A DNA stretch of 64,000 nucleotides, from NCBI GenBank assembly GCA_951406725.2, contig OX597842.1, forward strand, positions 6,634,001 through 6,698,000, given 5' to 3'. Shown piece after piece: positions 40,505-51,576 of the stretch; within the stretch, counting starts at the first letter, position 1; each line of letters starts with the position of its first letter. The notes below the pieces were generated by a model. It made no database searches and was not told where the DNA came from. It saw nothing but the letters and a program-made list of their open reading frames with translations. This DNA is from Octopus vulgaris (lineage: Eukaryota). Both the position numbers and the translations under genes were made by a program.

Positions 40505-43500
40505 GTGTGTATGTTCTACCTGAGAGGTTCCTGCTGGCATGGAAAGGAAGGTGCAGGCTGCCGCTTTGCACATCAGGGACCCTGCCACAGAGACACGAGG
40601 CAGATGGACAAACCATCAACACAAAGAAAAGGGATGGACCACGCACCACCTGCCCCAAAGCGGAGGTATGCAGATGTTGTGCGCGCCACAAACAGCCAAC
40701 ATGATGTTGTCGAAAGAGCAGCTGCTGAGCAACAATCTTTTTTGTGCATGGCACAAAAGATTGTACAGCAGCTGACCTGGCTTCATCAAACCCAAGCCCG
40801 CAGGTGGGACTACCCACTATATACCAGACCACCACAGCAAACAGACACAGGATGGACACCGCCGGCAACAACGTACACCTCAATACTCCTACTGAACATC
40901 AGAGGACTGCAAACACTCAGTAACAGGACAAAGATCCCGTTCCTGAGAGACTTTGTTGCATGCAATCAAGCCTTATGCATAGCACTTACAGAAACGCACC
41001 TGAAACCGGACATAGCAGATGCGGAGTTACACATACCACAGTATGCTGTACTACGGACCGACAGGAAAGAAAGGAGTCATGGAGGTGTTGCTATGTACAT
41101 CCGTGAGGACCTCACACCCCAGGTCCTCTTGTCATACTCAAACTCGGTGTGTGACACACTAATTGTACATATTAGGCAACTTGATGTAGTTGTGTGTGCT
41201 ACATATCGCCCTCCAGATGCCCCAAGCCATGTGGGCAAGTTTGAAGACTGCCTTATAAAAATAGAAGAAATTCTAACCACATTAGAACAACACATAGGTG
41301 TGCTTCTTATGGGAGACTTCAATCTGCCCAATGTCAGATGGCCCGAGGGCCTTTCTCTCCCAGGAATGACAAGATGTGAACGAGGACAGGCGAGGTCCCT
41401 CCGGAACCTCATCAACACCCTGTACATGGAGCAGGTAATACTCCAACCAACCAGGGCAGGTAACACACTGGATCTCTGCTTCACAAATGACATGGATCTC
41501 ATCCATAATGTGAAAGTGACACCGACACTACTCTCGGATCACAACATGATAGAGCTGACCATGTACGGGCCAAAAGAGAGCACGGACATGCAGCCTACAA
41601 GAAACCCTCAAAATCTTTCCAGCTTGAACTACCATAAGGCAAACTGGAAACAAATTGAGAAAGAGATCCTCAAACAAAACTGGCCTAAATGTCTCTCCTC
41701 GCCAGACATCGACGTGAAACTTCAACAATTCATGTCTGTAATGCAAGCCATATGCTACAAATGTGTCCCAGAGAGAAAGGCCACTGTACACAAGAACAAA
41801 ATCCCCAGAGAGAGGAAAATTTTAATGAGACGGCGTACGAAATTTTCAAATCGCCTAAACAAACAGATTGAAAGCAGTGAAAAGTCCCGCCTAAAAATAA
41901 AACTGTTGGAAATCGAAAAATGTCTGCAACTCTCCCATGAAAAAGAAAGAGCAGACAAAGAAGCCTGGGCTATAGAAAACATAAAATCTAACCCCAGAGC
42001 TTTCTACAGGTATGCCAAAGAAACAGCTACGGTGCACTGTAGGATAGGGCCACTCCTCGAAAAGGATGGCACACTTACAGGAAAACCAATGAGGGTAAGT
42101 GAAATACTGAATGAGCAATTCAATAGTGTTTTCACTCCACCCCTTGGGCATCTCCAAATCACCAATCCAACTGACTTTTTTACCACTGCAGATATAAAAT
42201 CAGAGGCGGCGACGATAGATTACATCGATATAAAGGAAGACGATGTAACCAAGGCTATAGATGAAATGAAAACAGACTCAGCTACTGGCCCCGATGGATT
42301 CCCGGCAATCCTCCTAAAAGCATGTAAGAGAGTCCTAGCAAGACCACTGCAGTTCCTCTTTCAGAGCTTCCTTGCAGCTGGCAAACTTCCAGGAAAACTG
42401 AAGGAAGGTAAAATATGCCCCATTCATAAAGGAGGTAGCAGAGCGGAAGCCAAGAACTATAGACCTATCTCTCTGACCTCACACATCAGCAAGGTCATGG
42501 AACGAATAGTCAGAAGGAAGCTGATCACCTTCCTTGAAGAGAATGACTTGCTGCCCGACACCCAACATGGTTTCCGACCAGGGAGAAGCTGTTTAACTCA
42601 GCTCCTACAACACTATGACTGGGTGCTGAAACGGCTGCTCAACCACTCAAATGTGGAAGTGATATATCTCGACTTTGCAAAGGCCTTTGATAAAGTCGAT
42701 CATGGAATGATATGTCACAAACTGCGTGATCTCAACATAGTTGGAAAACTGGGAGAATGGCTTCATGACTTTCTGAAGGATAGAAGTCAGGTGGTAGTAG
42801 CCAATGGGGCCACCTCCATTAACACACAAATAGTGAGCGGTGTTCCGCAGGGCACTGTTCTGGGACCACTACTGTTCATAATGGCCCTCTCAGACATGCC
42901 CTCAGCCACGCAGAGAGCCACGATCACAAGTTATGCAGATGATACAAAAGTTTCACAGGCAATACAGAACCCTGAGGACACTAAACACCTGCAATGTGAG
43001 CTGGACGAAATATACAAGTGGGCTGAAAAGAATAGCATGCAGTTCAATGCTGGAAAGTTTCAAGCTTTATACTATCAGCATGCAAAACTGAATGCAATAC
43101 CCAATGAATACACTGGACCCGGAGGGATTGCAATCCCAGAGGCACAATCAGTGCGTGACCTGGGTATTCACATGAGTGATGACGCGACCTTTCATGTACA
43201 TGTTGCTAAACTGACAATGAAATGTAGACGGCTGGCTGGATGGATTCTTAGAACCTTTAGAACAAGAGAACAAGAAACCATGATGGTCCTCTGGAAGACA
43301 CTTGTCCTAAGCCACTTTGACTATTGCTCTCAGCTATGGTCACCATCCAGTGTCAAGTTGATCACAGAACTTGAGGCGATCCAACGAAGCTACACAAAGA
43401 AGATAGCCTCTATGCAGAATGTAAGCTACTGGGAAAGACTCAAGAGATTAAATTTATATTCCCTGGAGCGTAGGCGGGAAAGATATGCCATAATATACAT

Positions 43501-43843
43501 CTGGAAGATCCTGGAGGGAAGTGTCCTGAACTTTGGCATCGAGAGTTACGCAAATGCCAGAACTGGGCGCCACTGCGTGGTGCCTAGGACTCCAAACCTG
43601 CCATCAAGATGTAGGACAAGATTCTGTGATAGCCTGGGCTTCCGAGGCCCACAGCTCTTCAATATCCTCCCGAAGAACCTGAGAGACCTGCATGGGGTGG
43701 ATACAGATGTCTTTAAAATGAAGCTGGATCTCTTCCTGTCAGGTGTCCCAGATGAACCAACTTCACGGCAGGAGGGGCAGATGAGGGCAGCTGCATCGAA
43801 CTCTCTCATGCACCAAATAGCAGTTGCTAGAAAGCCTCCATGA
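40505..43843 (+). CDS. CR1/L2-group non-LTR retrotransposon polyprotein: CCCH finger + APE endonuclease + reverse transcriptase
   Basis: Uninterrupted 1112-codon frame: NIRGL, ALTETHL, GDFN, LDLCF, SDH (APE); GPDG, NYRPISLTS, QHGFR, DFAKAFDKV, GVPQGTVLGP, YADD (RT); LERRR C-terminal motif. Short 3' UTR and (AATC)n tail to 43940. Confidence 0.95.
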   Translation: MCMFYLRGSCWHGKEGAGCRFAHQGPCHRDTRQMDKPSTQRKGMDHAPPAPKRRYADVVRATNSQHDVVERAAAEQQSFLCMAQKIVQQLTWLHQTQARRWDYPLYTRPPQQTDTGWTPPATTYTSILLLNIRGLQTLSNRTKIPFLRDFVACNQALCIALTETHLKPDIADAELHIPQYAVLRTDRKERSHGGVAMYIREDLTPQVLLSYSNSVCDTLIVHIRQLDVVVCATYRPPDAPSHVGKFEDCLIKIEEILTTLEQHIGVLLMGDFNLPNVRWPEGLSLPGMTRCERGQARSLRNLINTLYMEQVILQPTRAGNTLDLCFTNDMDLIHNVKVTPTLLSDHNMIELTMYGPKESTDMQPTRNPQNLSSLNYHKANWKQIEKEILKQNWPKCLSSPDIDVKLQQFMSVMQAICYKCVPERKATVHKNKIPRERKILMRRRTKFSNRLNKQIESSEKSRLKIKLLEIEKCLQLSHEKERADKEAWAIENIKSNPRAFYRYAKETATVHCRIGPLLEKDGTLTGKPMRVSEILNEQFNSVFTPPLGHLQITNPTDFFTTADIKSEAATIDYIDIKEDDVTKAIDEMKTDSATGPDGFPAILLKACKRVLARPLQFLFQSFLAAGKLPGKLKEGKICPIHKGGSRAEAKNYRPISLTSHISKVMERIVRRKLITFLEENDLLPDTQHGFRPGRSCLTQLLQHYDWVLKRLLNHSNVEVIYLDFAKAFDKVDHGMICHKLRDLNIVGKLGEWLHDFLKDRSQVVVANGATSINTQIVSGVPQGTVLGPLLFIMALSDMPSATQRATITSYADDTKVSQAIQNPEDTKHLQCELDEIYKWAEKNSMQFNAGKFQALYYQHAKLNAIPNEYTGPGGIAIPEAQSVRDLGIHMSDDATFHVHVAKLTMKCRRLAGWILRTFRTREQETMMVLWKTLVLSHFDYCSQLWSPSSVKLITELEAIQRSYTKKIASMQNVSYWERLKRLNLYSLERRRERYAIIYIWKILEGSVLNFGIESYANARTGRHCVVPRTPNLPSRCRTRFCDSLGFRGPQLFNILPKNLRDLHGVDTDVFKMKLDLFLSGVPDEPTSRQEGQMRAAASNSLMHQIAVARKPP

Positions 43844-43940
43844 AGTGAAACCGAGTAGCAACACCAAATGGCGGTGCCCCAGCATGGCCACAGCTCATAA
43901 GCTGAAACAAGAATCAATCAATCAATCAATCAATCAATCA

Positions 43941-45590
43941 GCTACTGGCCCCGATGGATTCCCGGCAATCCTCCTAAAAGCATGTAAGAGAGTCCTAGCA
44001 AGACCACTACAGTTCCTCTTTCAGAGCTTCCTTGCAGCTGGCAAACTTCCAAGAAAACTGAAGGAAGGTAAAATATGCCCCATTCATAAAGGAGGTAGCA
44101 GAGCGGAAGCCAAGAACTATAGACCTATCTCTCTGACCTCACACATCAGCAAGGTCATGGAACGAATAGTCAGAAGGAAGCTGATCACCTTCCTTGAAGA
44201 GAATGACTTGCTGCCCGACACCCAACATGGTTTCCGACCAGGGAGAAGCTGTTTAACTCAGCTCCTACAACACTATGACTGGGTGCTGAAACAGCTGCTC
44301 AACCATTCAAATGTGGAAGTGATATATCTCGACTTTGCAAAGGCCTTTGATAAAGTCGATCATGGAATGATATGTCACAAACTGCGTGATCTCAACATAG
44401 TTGGAAAACTGGGAGAATGGCTTCATGACTTTCTGAAGGATAGAAGTCAGGTGGTAGTAGCCAATGGGGCCACCTCCATTAACACACAAATAGTGAGCGG
44501 TGTTCCGCAGGGCACTGTTCTGGGACCACTACTGTTCATAATGGCCCTCTCAGACATGCCCTCAGCCACGCAGAGAGCCACGATCACAAGTTATGCAGAT
44601 GATACAAAAGTTTCACAGGCAATACAGAACCCTGAGGACACTAAACACCTGCAATGTGAGCTGGACGAAATATACAAGTGGGCTGAAAAGAATAGCATGC
44701 AGTTCAATGCTGGAAAGTTTCAAGCTTTATACTATCAGCATGCAAAACTGAATGCAATACCCAATGAATACACTGGACCCGGAGGGATTGCAATCCCAGA
44801 GGCACAATCAGTGCGTGACCTGGGTATTCACATGAGTGATGACACGACCTTTCATGTACATGTTGCTAAACTGACAATGAAATGTAGACGGCTGGCTGGA
44901 TGGATTCTTAGAACCTTTAGAACAAGAGAACAAGAAACCATGATGGTCCTCTGGAAGACACTTGTCCTAAGCCACTTTGACTATTGCTCTCAGCTATGGT
45001 CACCATCCAGTGTCAAGTTGATCACAGAACTTGAGGCAATCCAACGAAGCTACACAAAGAAGATAGCCTCTATGCAGAATGTAAGCTACTGGGAAAGACT
45101 CAAGAGATTAAATTTATATTCCCTGGAGCGTAGGCGGGAAAGATATGCCATAATATACATCTGGAAGATCCTGGAGGGAAGTGTCCTGAACTTTGGCATC
45201 GAGAGTTACGCAAATGCCAGAACTGGGCGCCACTGCGTGGTGCCTAGGACTCCAAACCTGCCATCAAGATGTAGGACGAGATTCTGTGATAGCCTGGGCT
45301 TCCGAGGCCCACAGCTCTTCAATATCCTCCCGAAGAACCTGAGAGACCTGCATGGGGTGGATACAGATGTCTTTAAAATGAAGCTGGATCTCTTCCTGTC
45401 AGGTGTCCCAGATGAACCAACTTCACGGCAGGAGGGGCAGATGAGGGCAGCTGCATCGAACTCTCTCATGCACCAAATAGCAGTTGCTAGAAAGCCTCCA
45501 TGAAGTGAAACCAAGTAGCAACACCAAATGGCGGTGCCCCAGCATGGCCACAGCTCATAAGCTGAAACTAGAATCAATCAATCAATCAAT

Positions 45591-45593
<3 letters not shown>
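43941..45593 (+). mobile_element. Tandem 5'-truncated second copy of the same LINE (RT half + 3' UTR + (AATC)n)
   Basis: Matches 42281-43933 at offset 1660 with 9 substitutions counted by eye. Confidence 0.95.
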
Positions 45594-45625
<32 letters not shown>

Positions 45626-45763
45626 GTGTATACATATATATATATATGTATGTGTATACATATAAAGTGAATATATTTATATATATGTGTGTGTATATAT
45701 ATATATATGTGTGTGTGTGTAGATATGTATACATAATGCATATATATGTACATATTTAATGCG

Positions 45764-45809
<46 letters not shown>

Positions 45810-45966
45810 TAGAAAAAAACCCACCTTTTATCAATTCAAAATGAATGATTAAATTACACCATCTAGAAAATTACATATAATAGAAAAGTTAAAATTAAAA
45901 TAACAATTAAAAAGTAAAGATTAAGTAAATTACAAGAATAATATAATGTATATAATATGCACACAT

Positions 45967-46001
<35 letters not shown>

Positions 46002-46393
46002 CTAGCAGTATCGCCCGGCGTTGCTCGGGTTTGTAAGGGAAATAATTATATAAGCATTTTTAGAGATGTAAAGTATAATAGCCATCTCAATATGGCTAAC
46101 CACAAAGGGGGAGGGTGTTACTGTAGCTTTTTACGTTCTGAGATTTAATAATAAATTTTAGAGAGTTACTTCCCTTATATATGTCAAAAATGGATTAAAA
46201 ATGGGAAAAATTGATGGTAAATTTTTTTTAAATCGTAGACTCATCGTAGACGCGCGCTAATACCCAGACGGTCTCGATATGAATCACGACTATAAGATAC
46301 CCGGTTTTGGTTAAACTGCACCGCAAAATGTGGGAGTAGTTAGGAATCTAAATCGTAGGAGACAGACACACAACCTCACTTTTATATATAAAG
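46002..46393 (-). mobile_element. Complete short non-autonomous Helitron
   Basis: Minus strand A|TCTTTATATATAAAAG start; cccgagc.acgccggg hairpin and CTAG|T end. Confidence 0.75.
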
Positions 46394-46457
46394 ATTTCCT
46401 CTATTTACATAATATTGAGGTCTCTTTCTTTCTTTTGTTATCTTACTGTTTTTACCA

Positions 46458-46496
<39 letters not shown>

Positions 46497-46568
46497 TATA
46501 TATAGTTACAGAGATGTACTTGCATAGCAAGTGACTTGATCTGAGATCGTGTGCTGGAACGAAAACAG

Positions 46569-46828
46569 TTGCAGCGTTGAAGGTGTTTATAAGCCATTTA
46601 AGAAACACACAAAACCCGTTAGATTCACTTCAACATTTAAATTTAATTTGTCAAAATATTTTCATCGATTTGAGACCGCGACCTGTTAGCACGATATTTT
46701 TGTCAGTGAACAGGTCGCGGTCTCAAAGCGACGAAAATATTTTGGCAAATTAAATTTAAATGTTGAAGTGAATCTAACGGTTTTTGTGTGTTTCTTAAAT
46801 GGCTTAGAAACACCTTCCACGCTGCAAT
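46569..46828. repeat. Inverted repeat with about 120-bp arms
   Basis: ttgcagcg...gagaccgcgacctgtt / aacaggtcgcggtctc...cgctgcaa with a ~20-nt spacer. Confidence 0.85.
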
Positions 46829-47185
46829 ATATATATACACACATATATATATATGTATGTATGTATGTATGTGTGTATATGTGTATGCATGTATGTGTGT
46901 GTGTGTGCGTGTCTGTGCTTGTGATTGTCCTCCACCACTGCTTGACAACGAATGTTGGTTTGTTTACATCCCTGTCACCTAGTGGTTTGACAAAGGAAAC
47001 AGATAGAATATGTACAATGCTTACAAAAATAAAAGTGGAGTTGATTCATTAAACTACAATTCTTCAAGGCATTGCCCCAGCATGGCCACAGACCAATGGC
47101 TGGAAAAAGCAGAAGAATAAAAGAATACATTCTCTGCTTTGGTCAAGGCATGAGAAAGCTTGAGTTTACATGAGAAGGCCTAACA

Positions 47186-47557
47186 GACCTGGTAGAAACA
47201 GCAGCCAAATCTCCCTCAAATCACACCTTACTGTCTTATGTATGTATATATATATGAGCCAATGAGGGGGACCTCTACATGGTAGCTAGACCTGGTAGAA
47301 ATAGCAGCCAAATTTCCCCCAAATCACACCTTACTGTCTTATCTATGTATATATGTATGTATGAGCCTATGAGGGAGACCCCTACATGGCAGCTAGACCT
47401 GGTAGAAATAGCAGCCAAATTTCCCCCAAATCACACCTTACTGTCTTATCTATGTATATATGTATGTATGAGCCTATGAGGGAGACCCCTACATGGCAGC
47501 TAGACATGGTAGAAATAGCAGCCAAATCTCCCTCAAATCACACCTTACTGTCTTATC
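47186..47557 (+). repeat. Minisatellite, 107-bp period, about 3.5 units
   Basis: gacctggtagaaatagcagccaaat at 47186, 47289, 47396 and 47503. Confidence 0.9.
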
Positions 47558-48134
47558 TTTCTGCTACTTGGATATAGGTGTTATATTCGTCGTAAAAAAC
47601 TTTCCTATCACACACTCACGCACACGCACACACACACACACACACACGCACCCTCACACACACACACACGCGCGCACACCCACACCCACCCACTCACACA
47701 CACGCATGTTAGCTTACAATTTTATTTATATATTTGCGTGTGTATGTGTGGAAAGAGGAAGTGGGAAGCAGAGTGAAAGAATCACTCACTACAGTAAGTC
47801 AATTACTTTCATTTTATTCGTTGCCCACTGTGTGTGTGCGTTTGCGTGTGGTGTAAACCAGACTAAGAAAAGCATTTGACACACACACCAGAATGTGAGT
47901 TTTCTGTAAATTTTGCTTAATTGGAGTTTAAATTTTAAAAACTGGACCTGGCATGACGCGATGCATTGTACTCTTAAAACTGCTAGGTAAATTGTAATTG
48001 AAGAAATCCTATATTGTAGATTTGTATAACTCCCAAAGGGAGGCAGATAAAATCTGCCTTTTATAATAAGAGATATATATATATATATATAATGTGTGCA
48101 TATGTGGTCGGATTGAGCTGAAAATATGCACACC

Positions 48135-48813
48135 TATGTTAAAGGTGCTAGTGAGTTTGCATGGGAACTTTGAGTTTGCTCAATTGAAAGGCATGGCTTC
48201 TAGGGCAAAATTCCTCATCTTTTAAAATGTAGCCTGCTTAGACCCGAATGAAATTGGGTTATAATACCGAAACAAGTAAAACAATAATAAACTATTTTAA
48301 TCCCGAGCAAGGTTGGGTATATCTGTCTAATCTATAAAATGAAGAAGGCGAACGTTGATACCAATTGGATTTTTATCTAAAAGGGGTCTAAATGGGGCTG
48401 GAAGGGGATTAAAATTTACAAGAGCGGGTAACTTGAGGTGAGAAATTGATTGAGAGACGTTTTGGGGCGCTACAGTGGTTGATTTGGTGTGAAAATGGAG
48501 ACTTTATTGCTTTTTGGTGACACTTGGGGGTTTAGATTGGACACCTTTTGCCCGATTTCAATCAAGTTTTCAACATGGTAAAGTGGAAGCGGATTTGTAA
48601 TTTAAACACGGAAATCTAATTTTTTATAAATGGGAGAGAGATAGATAGAGAAAGATAAAGAGTAAGAGAAAGTGAGGCAGAGACCGCGAGAAAGGAAGAG
48701 TATGAGAGTGGGAGAGTGAGAAAGGAGAGAGAAACAAAGAGGGAGAATGTGGCAATATGAAACAGAAAGTAACAACCACACCCTCACCCGTAGAGCAGGT
48801 CACCTTAAGCTAG
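48135..48813 (+). mobile_element. Helitron-like fragments homologous to 1-664
   Basis: Shared aaaaggggtctaaatggggctggaagggg and ...caccttaagCTAG|T end. Confidence 0.65.
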
Positions 48814-49248
48814 TATATATATATATATTCTTTTATTCGTTTACTTGTTTCAGTCATTTGACGGTGGCCATGCTGGAGCACTGCCTTTAGTTGAACCCCA
48901 GGACTTATACTTTGTAAGTCTAGTACTTATTCTATCAGCCCCTTTTGTCAATCTGCTAAGCTACAGGGACATTAATACACCAACATCACCAACATCAGTT
49001 GTCAAACAATGGTGGAGGAGGAGGGGAACAAACACAGGCACACAAATACATACATATATATACGTATATATACATATATATCATGGGCTTCTTTCCGTTT
49101 CCGTCTACTAAATCCACTCAAAGCTTTGGTTGCTCTGAGGTTATAGTAGAAGACACTAGCCAAAGGTGCCATGCAGTGGGACTGAACCCGAAACCATGTG
49201 GTTGGGAAGCAAGTTTCTTACCACATAGCTACTCTTGCATATGTATGC

Positions 49249-49284
<36 letters not shown>

Positions 49285-50050
49285 ATATCTTTCATCATCA
49301 TCATTTAATGTCCATTTTCCATGCTGGCATGGGTTGGACAGTTTGAGTAGAGCCAAGAATCTGGTGGGGTGCACCAGACTCCAGTCTAATTTGGCATGGT
49401 CTCTACAGCTGGATGCCCTTCGTGGGTGCTTCTACATGGGACCACATTAGCACTGCATGGGTGCTTTTACATGACACAATATGGACACTGTTCTATGGTA
49501 CTGTCATGAGTGCATTACACAAGCAGAGGGACCGATCTTGATGCTTCTGCTGTGGAGTATGGATCTTCTGTGTATATGTGTGTGTATATATATAGGTGTA
49601 GGAGTGGCTGTGTGGTAAGTAGCTTGCTTACCAACCACATGGTTCCATGTTCAGTCTCACTGCATGGCACCTTGGGCATGTGTCTTCTACTATAGCCTCA
49701 GGTCGACCAAAGCCTTGTGAGTGGATTTGGAAGGTGGAAACTGAAAGAAGCCTGTTGTATATATGTATATATATGTGTGTGTGTGTGTGTGTTTGTGTGT
49801 CTGTGTTTGAATCCCCAACATCACTTGACAACCGATGCTGGAGTGTTTATGTCCCCGTAACTTAGCGGTTCAGCAAAAGAGAGCGATAGAATAAGTACTA
49901 GGCTTACAAAGAATAAGTCCTGGGATCGATTTGCTTGACTAAAGGCAGTGCTCCAGCATGGCCGCAGTCAAATCACTGAAACGAGTAAAAGAATATATAT
50001 ATATACATATAACGATATGTTCCATGATAGAAAATATATATACAAATATG

Positions 50051-50098
<48 letters not shown>

Positions 50099-50574
50099 AT
50101 GTGCTGTGCTGTAATGGTAAGGTCAACAAAAGCAGTACTCTAACTGCTGAGAGATAAATATGATCTAATAGGCACATGATTTTATGTGCTACTATTAGTT
50201 TCATGTGCTGAGAACTTGCTAAACAACATTTCATAACAAGTCTGACAGCTCTGCAGAGTCATCAGGCACAGCCCACATGGCATATCAAACTAAAAATGGA
50301 ACGTGCGAATATATATATATATATATATATATGCATATACACATATATATATGTGTATATATATATTCTTTTATGGTTTCTTTTATTCTTTTACTTCTTT
50401 CAGTCATTTGACTGCGACCATGCTGGAGCACCACCTTTTTAGTCAAGCAAATCGACCCCAGGACTTATTCTTTGTAAGCCAAGTACTTATTCTATCAGTT
50501 CTTTTTGCCAAACCGCTAAGTTACGGGGACGTAAACACACCAACATCAGTTGTCAAGCAATGTTGGAGGGACAA

Positions 50575-50657
<83 letters not shown>

Positions 50658-50813
50658 TATGACGGGCTTCTTTCAGTTTCCGTCTACCAAATCCACTCAC
50701 AAGGCTTTGGTCGGCCTGAGGCTATAGTAGAAGACACTTGCCCAAGGTGCCACATAGTGGGGCTGAACCTGGAACCATGTGGTTGGTAACAAGCTACTTA
50801 CCACACAGCCACT

Positions 50814-50863
<50 letters not shown>

Positions 50864-51502
50864 CGTGCGTGTGTGTGTGTGTGTGTGTATGTGTGTACAT
50901 ATATATATATATATGTACATATGTATGCATGGATATGTATGTATATATATATATAAAGACGAAGACAGGTAGTGTACAAAACAAACAGATGTATTAGTAT
51001 AACGCTCAGGAATAGAAAAAGTCTTTTACGTTTCGAGCCTACGCTCTTCTACAGATAGGGACACAGAAAAAAAAAGGAGAGAAAAAAATGTTTGTAGTGG
51101 CTAACGATCTATGATGGCGACTATATATATTCTGTGGCCATGCTGGAGCATTACTTTTAGTCAAAGATATTAAGCCCATGACTTATTCTTTTGTAAGCCG
51201 AGTACATATTCTATTGGCCTCTCTTTGCTGAACCGCTAATTTACAGGGTCATAAACACACCAAAATCAGTTGTCAAGCGATGGTGGAGAGACAAACACAG
51301 ACACACAAACATATACATATGCACGAAAGGTTTCTTTCAGTTTCCATCTACCAATCCCAGTCACAAGGCTTTGGTTGGCCTGAGGCTATAGTAGAAGACA
51401 CTTGTGTAAGGTGCCACACAGTGGGACTGAACCCGGAACTATGTGGCTGATAAGCAAGCTACTTACCACACAGCCACATATGTATATATGTATGTATTTG
51501 TG

Positions 51503-51576
<74 letters not shown>

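Noticed and set aside
40335-40883. 182-aa minus-strand ORF and other antisense ORFs over the LINE
   Set aside because: Shadow frames of the GC-richer LINE coding sequence.
43824-45503. 559-aa ORF as an independent gene
   Set aside because: Its N-terminus is the first copy's 3' UTR and (AATC)n tail read in frame into the duplicated RT half.
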